From: an uncultured Gemmatimonadales bacterium
GTDB lineage: Bacteria > Gemmatimonadota > Gemmatimonadetes > Longimicrobiales > RSA9
Reading direction: 5' to 3'
DNA length: 64,000 bases
NCBI GenBank assembly: GCA_963816355.1
Contig: CAWFKH010000001.1
Coordinates: forward strand, 224,001-288,000
In this document: piece by piece, positions 1-9,270 of the stretch
Layout: each line of letters opens with the position of its first letter
How positions within the stretch are numbered: the first letter of the stretch is position 1
Notes under the pieces: generated by a model
The model's input: the letters and a program-made list of their open reading frames with translations, nothing else
The model's database searches: none
Told to the model about the DNA's origin: nothing
Position numbers and translations under genes: made by a program

Positions 1-2
1 GC

Positions 3-371
3 GCCTACCTCGTTCCTCCGGATCTGCCCGCGCTCGTCGACCGCCTCGACGCGCACGGCATCCGCTACAGCCGCCTCGCGAAGAACACCGCTCTCGCCGT
101 CGACGAATTCGTCGTCGACTCCACGGCCGTCGCCGACGACGCCTTCCAGGGGCATCACGAGCGCCGCATCCTCGGACACTACCGCGCCGTCACGCGCACG
201 ATCCGCGCGGGCACGCTCGTCGTATCCACCGATCAGCCGCTCGGCCGCCTCGCCTTCCTCCTCCTCGAGCCCCGCTCCGACGACGGCTTCCTCGACTGGA
301 ACTTCTTCGACGGCAGGATCGAGCGGGGCGCCGTCTACCCGGTGCTGCGAACCGCGGGACCGGGGCGGTGA
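3..371 (+). CDS. C-terminal part of probable M14-family zinc metallopeptidase (truncated by window start)
   Basis: Open frame from 3 to TGA 369-371: AYLVPPDLPALVDRLDAHGIRY...QPLGRLAFLLLEPRSDDGFLDWNFFD; resembles the C-terminus of M14-like peptidases; not in ORF track because no start is present. Confidence 0.6.
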   Translation, partial: AYLVPPDLPALVDRLDAHGIRYSRLAKNTALAVDEFVVDSTAVADDAFQGHHERRILGHYRAVTRTIRAGTLVVSTDQPLGRLAFLLLEPRSDDGFLDWNFFDGRIERGAVYPVLRTAGPGR

Positions 372-486
372 ACCGTTCTCTCCGCCTGAGCCGGGCACCC
401 GCCCGCCGCCGCGCCCGACTCCGTGCCCGCCCGCGGCGGCGCCCGCCCGGCTCGGGCGAACCCACCCTCATGATGGAGGCCGACCG

Positions 487-1035
487 GTGGACGACGACCG
501 CACGCGGCTGATGACGCTATTGCGCCAGCGCTCGCTGCAAACGGGGGATTTCGTGCTGTCGAGCGGCAAGCGCTCCGACTACTACATCGACGCGCGCCGC
601 ACCACCATGAGCGGAGAGGGGCTCCGCCTCATCGGCCGCCTCGGCCTCGCCGCACTGCGCGACGCCGGCTGGCGGCCCCATGCCGTCGGCGGTCTCACGC
701 TGGGCGCCGATCCCGTCGCGTACGCGATCGCGTGTGCTGCCGAGGCGGAGGGAATCGACGCCTTCACGGTGCGCAAGCAGCCGAAGCAGCACGGCACCGG
801 GCGCCTCATCGAGGGCCCCTTCCAGCCGGGCGCCAGCGTGGTCGTGGTCGAGGACTCGATGACTTCCGGCGAGAGCGCGCTGCGCGCCGTCGCCGCGGTA
901 CGCGAAGCGGGCGGCCGCGTGCGGGGCGTGCTCTGCCTCGTCGATCGCGAGGAGGGCGGCCGCGAGCGTCTGGAGGCGGAAGGCATACCGCTCCTGCACC
1001 TCTTCACCGCTCGCGAGCTGCTCGGCCGCGCGTAG
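487..1035 (+). CDS. pyrE: orotate phosphoribosyltransferase
   Basis: GDFVLSSGKRSDYYID, RKQPKQHG and PRPP-binding VVVEDSMTSG motifs; GGAGG upstream of GTG. Confidence 0.93.
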   Translation: MDDDRTRLMTLLRQRSLQTGDFVLSSGKRSDYYIDARRTTMSGEGLRLIGRLGLAALRDAGWRPHAVGGLTLGADPVAYAIACAAEAEGIDAFTVRKQPKQHGTGRLIEGPFQPGASVVVVEDSMTSGESALRAVAAVREAGGRVRGVLCLVDREEGGRERLEAEGIPLLHLFTARELLGRA

Positions 1036-1045
1036 CTGCCGCTAC

Positions 1046-1135
1046 GGACCTACCACTGCCGGACCTGCCATCGGTCCCACCACTGCCAGACCTGCCGTAG
1101 GTCCCGCCACTACGGACGCACCGTCGGTCCCGGCC
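1046..1135. repeat. imperfect ~27-bp tandem repeat (about 3 copies) between convergent genes
   Basis: GGACCTACCACTGCCGGACCTGCCATC / GGTCCCACCACTGCCAGACCTGCCGTA / GGTCCCGCCACTACGGACGCACCGTC. Confidence 0.7.
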
Positions 1136-1715
1136 AGAGCCGCTGCTCGATCCGCCCGGCCAGCTCCGCCTGCCGTCGCTGCGCCTCCTCCAGCCGCTGC
1201 TCGTACGCGAGCCGAACGTCCGCCGGCGCGTTCGCGCGGAAGAAATCGCTCGTCATCACCTCGCCCTCCCCCCCGTCCCGCGCCGCCACGACGTCCGCCA
1301 GGAAGAAGGTGGCGGCGCCCGCGTCCATCGCGTTGACGACGCGGCAGTCGAACGCCGCGAACACGTCCTCGAGAAGCGGCGCGCCCGATTCGCCCTGCGT
1401 GGTGGCGAAGCGGGCGAGCTTGTCCACGTCCCGGCCGGAAGCCAGTCCGAGCGCCCGCACCACGTCCCACTGATCGCGCCGCAGGAGGTGGAGCGCGAAG
1501 ACGCCCGACCGGTAGACCATCTCATGCGACAGGTTCGATTTCGAAACGTAGAGCGACACCCGCGGCAGCGACGGAACCAGCGACGCGCGCTGTGCGCTGT
1601 TCGCGATCATGCCGTTGCTTCTGCCCTCCGCCGACGTCGTCAGTGCGACGATCGGCAGGGTCAGGTGCCGCAACAGCCCGTACAGCTCCGCGCCTCGCGG
1701 CTCCCGCTCCGCCAT
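1110..1715 (-). CDS. flavin reductase family protein
   Basis: Split-barrel pattern: ALTTSAEGRSNGM, SGVFALHLL, SGRDVDK, GAPLLED, DAGAATFFLADV. Confidence 0.85.
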   Translation of the reverse strand: MAEREPRGAELYGLLRHLTLPIVALTTSAEGRSNGMIANSAQRASLVPSLPRVSLYVSKSNLSHEMVYRSGVFALHLLRRDQWDVVRALGLASGRDVDKLARFATTQGESGAPLLEDVFAAFDCRVVNAMDAGAATFFLADVVAARDGGEGEVMTSDFFRANAPADVRLAYEQRLEEAQRRQAELAGRIEQRLWPGPTVRP

Positions 1716-1729
1716 CGCATCTCCCTCCG

Positions 1730-3059
1730 CTACAGTCCGCCCGTTCCGCCGTCGGTCGCGCCGGACCCGGCCCCCTCACGAACCGGGTAGAGGCGGCGCA
1801 GGGCCCCACCGACGGAGTCCACAGCAGCGCGCGCGAGACGCGTCGCCTGGGACGTCCCGCCGATCGCCCGCAATGCCGCCGCCCGGATCGCCGCCGCGCC
1901 ATCGCCCCGGCGAAAGCCGAGCGCCTCCGCCCAGCTCCTTGCCGCGTCCACCTGCGACGCGGTCTCCGCTGCTATCGCCTTCGCGTCCACCTCCACACCC
2001 ATTTCTCGCGCGCGGGCGGCCAGCAGCGCGTTGCTCGCCGCCGCGGCCACGACGTCGACGTACTGCGATCGCTCCGCCGACGCCAGTCTCGCAGCTGCGT
2101 CCGCGCTCAGGGTCAGCAGGTACTCGCGGAACTCGCCGACGCTATAGGTGCCGCCCGGCCAGTGGCCGAGCGGCGTGCCAGCGTCCGCGGAGTCCGGCGC
2201 CGCACGCAGCCGCTCGATCGCGGCGGTGTCCACCACGAGCGCGGCGACCTGCCGCGTCGCCCACTCCCGCGCCGCCTCGGGCCGTCCCGATCCGCTCGCC
2301 ACGCGGGTGAGGACGCGGGAACGCACGCTGTCGAACGGGATCACCTGCCGATCCTCGAGCTTCAGGACGTGGTAGCCGTACCGGGTCTGGACGACGTCGC
2401 TCACCTCACCCACCGAGAGCTTCGACGCCGCGTTCCAGAACGGCTCCACCCAGCTCCCTCGCACGCCCGGATCGAGAAGCCCACCGCTCCGCTCCGCGCC
2501 CGGCTCCTCCGACACCTGGGCGGCCACCTTGGCGAAAGACTCGCCGCCGCGGATGCGCCGGAGCGCCGCCGTGGCGCGCTCACGCGCCTCCCGTTTCTTC
2601 TCCTCCAATGCGTAAGGCGGCGCCAGCACGACGAGGTGCCGGATGGTGAGCCGATACTCCGGGTCCCTGCGGTAGATGCGACGCAGATCGGCTTCGCTCA
2701 GGCCCGCCTCATGGACCTCGACGGTGGCCGCGAGCTGCTGCAGCAGGAGGCGCTGCTCGCGCGCGTGCAGGAAGGGCGCGAGCGCCGCCGCCAGGCTGTC
2801 GTGCGCCACCGCGAGGCCGAACGCGGTCAGCGTGGCCAGATGCTTCAGCTCACCCGCGCCCAGGGCGCCGACTTCGCCGGCGCCGTACGCGATGCCATCG
2901 ACCTCCAGGACGGGCGTGGCGTCGCAGACCGCCGCAGCCACCGAGCAACACCGCCACGATCGGCGCCACGAGCGCCACGGCGGCGAGCCACGCGCCTCGC
3001 GACGCCTTCGTGACGCCGTGGACCCTGCGTAGCGCACGGCGCACGCGACGTCGACGCAC
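1730..3059 (-). CDS. parvulin-type peptidyl-prolyl isomerase lipoprotein (PrsA/SurA-like), interrupted by a one-base frameshift near 2924-2933
   Basis: Parvulin motifs (IRHLVV, GESFAKVAAQVSEEPG, GGLL, WVEPF, VSDVVQTRYGYHVLKL) in frame 1730-2926; the lipoprotein signal (AWLAAVALVAPIVAVLLGG-C) is in the neighbouring frame starting at GTG 3059, which overlaps the dnaN stop. Confidence 0.75.
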
Positions 3060-4174
3060 TATTCCAGCAGGCGGAGCGGCATCACCAGACAGAGGTAGTC
3101 CGGCGCCTCCTCGTTCCCGGCCGGCACCGGCTCCAGCGTCGCGGCGCGCTCCGGCGCCTTGAACGCCAGCTTGACGTCGTCGGTCGTGATGTACTTCAGG
3201 ACCTCCAGCAGGTAGCTCGCGTTGAAGCCGATCTCCAGCGGCTCGCCCGCGTAGCTGAGCTCCAGCTCCTCGTGCGCCTCGCCGAGATCCGGGGTCTCGA
3301 CCGAGAAGCGTACGACGTTGCCCGCGAAGGCGAGCCGCACGCGGTGCGTCTGCTCGCTCGCGACGACGGCCATGCGCCGTAGCGCCTGCGTCAGCGCGGC
3401 CTTCGAGACGATCGCGATGCGGTCGTTGTCGCGCGGAATCACCTGCTCGTAGGGCGGATAGGGCCCCTCCACGAGGCGGGTGAAGACCTGCGTCCCGTCG
3501 TGCCGGAAACCGAGATGGTTCTCGCTTCGCGCCACCTCGATGTCCGCGTCGCCGCCGAACAGCCGCTCGATCTGGCCGAGCGCCTTCGGCGGTACGATCA
3601 GATCCGCGCGCGGCAGACCGGTCGCCTCGGTGGGAACCTTCATCAGCGCCAGCCGATGTCCGTTCGTCGCCGCCATCCGCATCTCACGGTCGCCCAACTG
3701 CCACAGCACGCCGTTCAGGATCGGCCGGCTCTCCTCTGTCGACACCGCGAAGGACGTCTGCCGGATCAACGTCTGCAGCACATCCCCGCGAATGCGCCAA
3801 CTCTCCTCGAAGTTGACCACGGGAAACGTCGGGAACTCGTCGCGCGGCATCCCGTTCAGCCGGAACCGCGCGCGTCCGCACTCCAGCTCGAGCCGGTCAC
3901 CCTTGCCGGTCACGCGCGCCGGCTGCTCGGGCAGCTCCCGCGCCAGCTCCTGCAGCTTCTTCGCGGGCACCGTGAGCGAACCCGCCGTCTCGACTTCCGC
4001 CGGCACCCTCAGACTCACCGCCATGTCGAGGTCCGTTCCGCTCATGCGGACTCCATCAGCCTCCGCCTCGACCAGGATGTTCGAGAGCACGGGGAGCGTC
4101 GTTCGCGCGGGGATCGTCGCCGCGACGGCCGCAAGCCCCTGCTGCAGGTTCTCCCGCGTGATCGTGAATTTCAT
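3059..4174 (-). CDS. dnaN: DNA polymerase III beta sliding clamp
   Basis: MKFTI start, LPVLSNILV, SRPILNGV, ATNGHRLA, IGFNASYL, LVMPLR; downstream of dnaA. Confidence 0.98.
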   Translation of the reverse strand: MKFTITRENLQQGLAAVAATIPARTTLPVLSNILVEAEADGVRMSGTDLDMAVSLRVPAEVETAGSLTVPAKKLQELARELPEQPARVTGKGDRLELECGRARFRLNGMPRDEFPTFPVVNFEESWRIRGDVLQTLIRQTSFAVSTEESRPILNGVLWQLGDREMRMAATNGHRLALMKVPTEATGLPRADLIVPPKALGQIERLFGGDADIEVARSENHLGFRHDGTQVFTRLVEGPYPPYEQVIPRDNDRIAIVSKAALTQALRRMAVVASEQTHRVRLAFAGNVVRFSVETPDLGEAHEELELSYAGEPLEIGFNASYLLEVLKYITTDDVKLAFKAPERAATLEPVPAGNEEAPDYLCLVMPLRLLE

Positions 4175-4209
4175 CGGTTCCTCGCGTTGCGACGGTTCGC
4201 TTTCGTCGG

Positions 4210-4460
4210 TTTCCCACGCCGTACTGCAGTTACTTCGACCCTATATCTTCAGACTCGTAGTAGTAGTAGGGGCTGTGGAGCCGTGGAAAGCGGCGCTCGA
4301 CGTCCCGCTTCACAGCCCGGCGCCTCGCGTTGCCGTTCCCGCCCCCGTGTGGAAAGCGGGCGGGAAAGCTCGTCGCACATCGCCGCTCACCCACATTCCG
4401 CCAGCCGCCGTGGAAAGCGGATCCGAACCGCACACCCTTTCCACACCCGTTCTCCCCACC
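4210..4460. other. chromosomal replication origin oriC (DnaA boxes, GC spacer, DnaA-trios)
   Basis: dnaA-dnaN intergenic region; minus strand reads CTTTCCACG-GCTCCACA-GCCCC-TACTACTACTAC (4290-4257); more CTTTCCACR-like boxes at 4348-4356, 4409-4417, 4437-4445. Confidence 0.88.
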
Positions 4461-4508
4461 AGCTCCGGCCCGCCATGACGGGACGCGATCCCACTCCGCA
4501 CCGCGACA

Positions 4509-5876
4509 TCACGGCGCGATCTCGCTGCGCACCGCCTCGACCTTCCGCCGGAAGGCGTCGTCCTCCTGCAACTCCTGCTCTACCTTCTGCACCGAATGGA
4601 TCACCGTCGAGTGATCGCGGCCGCCGAAGAGGCGGCCGATGTCGACCAGCGGCAGCTCCAGCAGCTCGCGGATCAGGTACATCGCGACCTGGCGCGGCAC
4701 CGTCAGCTCCTTCGTCCGCCGTTTCGACACGAGACCTTCCACCGAGACGCCGAAGTGCCGCGCGACCGTTTCGCGGATCCCCTCCGGCGTCAATGCTTCC
4801 GTGCCCGCCCCGCTGAGCACGCCGCCGAGCGCCTCCTGCGCCAGCTCGACCGTGATCTCACGCCGCGTCAGCGACGAATACGCGAGGAGCTTGATGATCG
4901 CGCCCTCGAGCTCGCGCACGCTCGAGCGACAGTTGCGCGCGATGAACTCCAGCACCTCGTCGGGAAGCACGAGGCGATCCTCTTCCGCCTTCTTGCGCAG
5001 GATCGCGACGCGCGTCTCCAGGTCCGGAGCCTTGATGTCCGTCACCAGGCCCCACTCGAAGCGCGACACGAGCCGGTCCTCGAGGCCCGGAATCTCCTTC
5101 GGAGGCCGGTCGCTCGTCACCACGATCTGGCGCTGCGCCTCGTAGAGCGCGTTGAACGTATGGAAGAACTCCTCCTGCGTGCGCTCCTTCTCGCCCAGGA
5201 AATGGACGTCGTCGATCAACAGCACGTCGATCTCGCGGTAGCGCCGGCGGAACTCCGCCATCTGCCCCGACTGGATCGACGCGATCAGGTCGTTCGTGAA
5301 ACGTTCGCTCGAGACGTAGGCGATGCGGCGGTCCGGCTGCCGCTGCAGTACCGCGTTGCCGATCGCGTGCATGAGGTGGGTCTTGCCCAGACCCACTCCG
5401 CCGTAGATGAAGAGCGGGTTGTACATGCGCGCCGGCGCCTCCGCCACCGCCCGGCACGCCGCCGCCGAAAGCTGATTGTTGCTCCCCACCACGAAGCGAC
5501 CGAAAACGTAGCGCTCGTTGAGGGGCGCCCCCATGGTCACCGGGGTCACCGCACCATCGACGGCGCCGCCCGCTTCAACCGGCCGCGGCGCCGCCGCCGG
5601 CGCGGGACGCAGCGTCGCTTCGTCCGCCTCGTGGTGCTGAAAGGAGATCGTGATGCGACGGCCGAACAGCTCCTCCGCGACGTCCGCCAGCAGCTCCCCG
5701 TACTTGTCTTCGATCCACTCCGCCGCGAACTCGCTGCCCGCCCCCACCACCAGCAGATCCCGGGAAAGAGCGACCGGCTCGGTGTGCTCGAACCAGGTGC
5801 GGTAGCTCTGGTCGGGCAACAGCGAACGTGATCGCTCGAGGATCCGGCTCCAGGCCTCGGAGGCTGTCAGCTCCAT
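4509..5876 (-). CDS. dnaA: chromosomal replication initiator DnaA
   Basis: YNPLFIYGGVGLGKTHL Walker A, LLIDDVHF, QEEFFHTFN, RELEGA, GGRDHSTVIHS. Confidence 0.99.
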   Translation of the reverse strand: MELTASEAWSRILERSRSLLPDQSYRTWFEHTEPVALSRDLLVVGAGSEFAAEWIEDKYGELLADVAEELFGRRITISFQHHEADEATLRPAPAAAPRPVEAGGAVDGAVTPVTMGAPLNERYVFGRFVVGSNNQLSAAACRAVAEAPARMYNPLFIYGGVGLGKTHLMHAIGNAVLQRQPDRRIAYVSSERFTNDLIASIQSGQMAEFRRRYREIDVLLIDDVHFLGEKERTQEEFFHTFNALYEAQRQIVVTSDRPPKEIPGLEDRLVSRFEWGLVTDIKAPDLETRVAILRKKAEEDRLVLPDEVLEFIARNCRSSVRELEGAIIKLLAYSSLTRREITVELAQEALGGVLSGAGTEALTPEGIRETVARHFGVSVEGLVSKRRTKELTVPRQVAMYLIRELLELPLVDIGRLFGGRDHSTVIHSVQKVEQELQEDDAFRRKVEAVRSEIAP

Positions 5877-5910
5877 ACGTCACGGGGGGGAGGGGCTCGT
5901 CAGGCGGACA

Positions 5911-5939
5911 AGCATAGAACCGGGGTGTGGACAAGTCAA
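5911..5939 (-). promoter_or_regulatory. sigma70-type dnaA promoter overlapped by a DnaA box
   Basis: Minus strand TTGACT-17 bp-TATGCT; DnaA box TTGTCCACA (5926-5934) abuts the -35 and lies in the spacer. Confidence 0.7.
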
Positions 5940-5968
5940 CGGCGCCCTGCCGAAAGGCGCGCCATGCC

Positions 5969-5998
5969 TTGACGAACGCGGCCCACGACGGCTATCTT
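5969..5998 (+). promoter_or_regulatory. sigma70-type promoter of rpmH operon
   Basis: TTGACG-18 bp-TATCTT upstream of rpmH. Confidence 0.6.
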
Positions 5999-6041
5999 CA
6001 CAAGCTTTTCGTCCTACGATATCCAAGGCAGGAGCACGCCC

Positions 6042-6194
6042 ATGGGGAAGCCGACCTACAATCCGAGCCGGCGCCGCCGCAAGAGCCGCCACGGCTTTCG
6101 CGCGCGCATGGAGACGCGCGCGGGTCGCAAGATCCTCAGCCGCCGCCGCAAGAAGGGCCGCAAGCGGCTCACGGTGAGCGTCGGCACCAAGTAG
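6042..6194 (+). CDS. rpmH: 50S ribosomal protein L34
   Basis: [50 protein letters not shown] (50 aa, below ORF-track cutoff); AGGAG RBS; divergent from dnaA. Confidence 0.98.
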   Translation: MGKPTYNPSRRRRKSRHGFRARMETRAGRKILSRRRKKGRKRLTVSVGTK

Positions 6195-6202
6195 GCCCGC
6201 GG

Positions 6203-6607
6203 CTGTCCACTTCCGCCCACGGCCGCCCCGACCATGCGCGGCTGCGGTTGTCCCGGGGCCGGCGCGTCCGGCGAGGCGGCGAGATTCGCGCGCTTCTGCG
6301 GCGGGGGAAGAGGAGCCGGATGTCCCGACTGGACATCTTCGACTCCACTTCCCCCGCTTCCCGTTCCCGGATTGGCTGGATCGTGCCGCGCTACGGCCAC
6401 CCGGCCGTCGAGCGCAACCGGCTCAAGAGACGGCTCCGCGAGGTGTCGCGCGCCGAGGTGCTTCCGCGCCTCGATGCCGCCGGCCTCCGCCTCGACGTGC
6501 TGGTCCGCGCGCGCCGCGACGCTTACGATGCCGGCTTCACGGAGTTGAGGGACCTGCTGGCGAAGTGGACGGAACGGCGATGCTCAGCGCGATCCTCCTC
6601 GGAATGA
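6203..6607 (+). CDS. rnpA: ribonuclease P protein component (start uncertain: CTG 6203 or TTG 6248)
   Basis: [25 protein letters not shown] (RNR motif), DVLVRAR; lies between rpmH and yidD. Confidence 0.92.
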   Translation: MSTSAHGRPDHARLRLSRGRRVRRGGEIRALLRRGKRSRMSRLDIFDSTSPASRSRIGWIVPRYGHPAVERNRLKRRLREVSRAEVLPRLDAAGLRLDVLVRARRDAYDAGFTELRDLLAKWTERRCSARSSSE

Positions 6608-6792
6608 TCCGCTTCTACCGGCGCGGCATATCACCCCTGCTGCCGCCCTCGTGCCGGTACACGCCGACGTGCTCCGCCTATGCGGAGGAGGCGATCCGGA
6701 AGTATGGCGCCCGGCGCGGCGGCTGGCTGGCGGCGCGTCGCCTGCTCCGCTGCCATCCGTGGGGCGGCCAGGGACACGATCCGGTCCCGTGA
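6580..6792 (+). CDS. yidD: membrane protein insertion efficiency factor YidD
   Basis: [27 protein letters not shown]...[17 protein letters not shown]. Confidence 0.96.
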   Translation: MLSAILLGMIRFYRRGISPLLPPSCRYTPTCSAYAEEAIRKYGARRGGWLAARRLLRCHPWGGQGHDPVP

Positions 6793-6881
6793 CGCGTAGA
6801 GTGCTCGGAAAGACGAGAACGGAGCCGGTGCGGCCGCGACGACGCGACCCGGCTCTCCGGCTCGAGCCATAGAAAGGGTCG

Positions 6882-8639
6882 ATGGACAACGCCCGACTCC
6901 TGCTGGCGATCGCCCTCGCCATCGTCGTCATCATCGCCACGAACCTCCTTTTCCCGGCGCCGCAGCGGCCTGCCGTGGAAGGAGGGGCGGATTCGACCGC
7001 CGTGGCGCCGAGCCCGGCCCCGGCGGGCACGCTCTCCACCGCCCCCGGCGGCACGCCCGGGACCGGCGCTTCGCCCGGGACCGCCGCGCCTCCCGGATCC
7101 ACGGCCGCCGCCACCGCCGCCCCGTCCGCCCCCCCGGCAGCCGGCGCGTCGACCGGAGCTGCCCAGGCGCCCTCGTTCCGGCCGGACACCCTCGTCGTCT
7201 CTTCGCCCCTCTACCGCTACGCCTTCTCCACCGCCGGCGGCGCGCTCGTCTCCGCCCGCCTGCTGCAGTTCGAGTCGTTCACGCGCGCGGGGCCGGTCGA
7301 GCTCGCCCCGCCCGGCCACGCGCTCGTCAGCTACGCGCTGCAGATCGGCGAGTCCGTCGTCGACCTGCGCTCGCTGCCGTTTCAGCCCCAGGGCGACGCC
7401 CGCCTCGACCTCGCCGGCGGCTCGGCGCCCCGTCACCTCCGCCTCGTCCACGCGGATCCGTCCGGCGTCTCCATCACGCTCGACTACACGTTCCGCCCGG
7501 ACCGCTACCTCGTCGACGTGCAGGGCGCGGTCGACGGCCTCGGCGGCGGCGTCGCGCCCACGCTCCTGATCCACCTCGGACCCGCGATCGCCGTCAACGA
7601 GGCGGACACCGCCGAGGACCTGCGCTCGCTCGCCTACGTCGTCAACGGCCGCCGCGACGGGATCACCAGCGTTCCGCTCCGCCGCCTCGATGCGCAGCGC
7701 GTCGAGGAAGGCCCGCTCTACTGGTCGGCTCTCAGGGACAAGTACTTCCTCGCCGCGGCCCTCGCCCCCTGCGCCGCCGCTTCGGCCGACTCCGGCTGCT
7801 TCGGCGGCGCCATCGCGCGGCCCCTCCCCGCCGCCGGCGATGGCGGAGTGGACCTCGCCGCCACGCTGCCCCTGGAGGATGGACGCTTCTCCTACAGCCT
7901 CTACCTCGGCCCCCAGGACTACGACCGTCTCGCCGCTCTCGGCAGCGATCTCCAGGACGTCAACCCGTGGGGCTGGCAGGTCTTCCGGCCCATTCTCCGG
8001 CCGCTCTCGCACCTCATCGTGTGGGCCGTATCCACCCTGCACAACGTGCTCCGACTGGGTTACGGCTGGGTGCTCATCCTCTTCGGATTCCTGCTCCAGG
8101 TCATCCTGTGGCCGCTCTACGCCCGCGCCACCCGCTCCCAGCTCAAGAACATGGAGCTGCAGCCCGTCATCCAGGAGATCCAGCAGAAGTACAAGAACGA
8201 CCAGGAGAAGCTGCAGAAGGAGATGATGCGCCTCTACAAGGAGGAGGGCTTCAACCCGCTCGGCGGCTGCCTCCCCATGCTCATCCCCTACCCCGTCCTC
8301 ATCACGCTCTTCTTCGTCTTCCGCAACACGATCGAGTTCCGCGGCGCCGAGTTCCTCTGGCTCCCCGACCTCTCGCGACCCGACCCGCTCTACATCCTGC
8401 CCATCCTCCTCGCCGTCAGCATGTTCATCCTGCAGTGGCTCAGCGTGCGCAGCGCGCCCAGCGCCAACCAGCAGATGAAGATCATGATGTGGGTCATGCC
8501 CGCCTTCATCGCCTTCTTCTTCTTCAAGCTGCCCGCCGGGCTCAACCTCTACTACGCCGCCTCCAACCTCGCGAGCGTGCCCCGCCAGGTGCAGATCATG
8601 AACGAGCGCAAGCGCGTCCAGACGAAGATGAAACGCTGA
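6882..8639 (+). CDS. yidC: membrane protein insertase YidC
   Basis: N-terminal TM and periplasmic domain; NPLGGCLPMLI, FLWLPDLSRPDPLYILP, PAGLNLYY. Confidence 0.97.
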   Translation: MDNARLLLAIALAIVVIIATNLLFPAPQRPAVEGGADSTAVAPSPAPAGTLSTAPGGTPGTGASPGTAAPPGSTAAATAAPSAPPAAGASTGAAQAPSFRPDTLVVSSPLYRYAFSTAGGALVSARLLQFESFTRAGPVELAPPGHALVSYALQIGESVVDLRSLPFQPQGDARLDLAGGSAPRHLRLVHADPSGVSITLDYTFRPDRYLVDVQGAVDGLGGGVAPTLLIHLGPAIAVNEADTAEDLRSLAYVVNGRRDGITSVPLRRLDAQRVEEGPLYWSALRDKYFLAAALAPCAAASADSGCFGGAIARPLPAAGDGGVDLAATLPLEDGRFSYSLYLGPQDYDRLAALGSDLQDVNPWGWQVFRPILRPLSHLIVWAVSTLHNVLRLGYGWVLILFGFLLQVILWPLYARATRSQLKNMELQPVIQEIQQKYKNDQEKLQKEMMRLYKEEGFNPLGGCLPMLIPYPVLITLFFVFRNTIEFRGAEFLWLPDLSRPDPLYILPILLAVSMFILQWLSVRSAPSANQQMKIMMWVMPAFIAFFFFKLPAGLNLYYAASNLASVPRQVQIMNERKRVQTKMKR

Positions 8640-8654
8640 CCCTCGCCGGGCCGC

Positions 8655-8772
8655 GCCGCCGCGCTACCCCGCCACCACCGCGCCCCGGACCGCTGCCCCG
8701 CGCCCCTGCGCACCGGACCGCTACCCCGCGCCCCGGACCGCTACCCCGCTGCCCCGCGCCCCGGACCGCCCA
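8655..8772. repeat. C-rich imperfect tandem repeat (CGCGCCCCGGACCGCTRCCC units)
   Basis: Four copies of CCGGACCGC with flanking GCGCCCC/TRCCCCG downstream of the yidC stop. Confidence 0.65.
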
Positions 8773-8955
8773 CCGTCGACGCGACGCGGCCGCGCCTCAC
8801 ACCGCGCGGCCCCCCCCTCGCGCCTCACGCTTCGCGGCCGCGCCGGTGTCTCGGGATGGCACGTCGATGTCCCGGATGGCCCGACGCGGTCGACTTGCGG
8901 TCGCCGTCGCTCCGCGACGGCTCGCGCGAACCGCCGCTCTCCAGCCGCTCACCGC

Positions 8956-9225
8956 CTAGCGCACGATGGCGAACGGGTCCGGCAACGGGTCCTCGCCCGC
9001 CGGAAGCTCGTCGAGCCGGTCCACCCGCGCCGCGTCCGGACCGGCGCGCAGCCGCTCGCGCAGCGTCTCCAGTTGCGCCTCGCTCCCCGCCGCCTCCACC
9101 TCCACGCTGCCGTCGACGCGGTTGCGCACCCGACCCGCGACGCCGATCTCCCGCCCCACGTGCGCGGTCCACCAGCGGAACCCGACGCCCTGCACGCGTC
9201 CGCGGACGCGGAACCGCGCTCTCAT
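8956..9225 (-). CDS. acyP: acylphosphatase
   Basis: VRGRVQGVGFR and GRVRNRVDGSVEV signatures, 89 aa. Confidence 0.95.
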   Translation of the reverse strand: MRARFRVRGRVQGVGFRWWTAHVGREIGVAGRVRNRVDGSVEVEAAGSEAQLETLRERLRAGPDAARVDRLDELPAGEDPLPDPFAIVR

Positions 9226-9246
9226 ACGGTGTTTCTTCGGTTTGTT

Positions 9247-9262
9247 CGTTTCACGTGAAACA
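9247..9262. promoter_or_regulatory. parS site (ParB loading site)
   Basis: CGTTTCACGTGAAACA, 15/16 match to TGTTTCACGTGAAACA, intergenic. Confidence 0.93.
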
Positions 9263-9270
9263 CCCTCTTT

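Noticed and set aside
5927..6607. 226-aa ORF as a single protein
   Set aside because: The 5' part overlaps rpmH in another frame; only the 3' part is rnpA.
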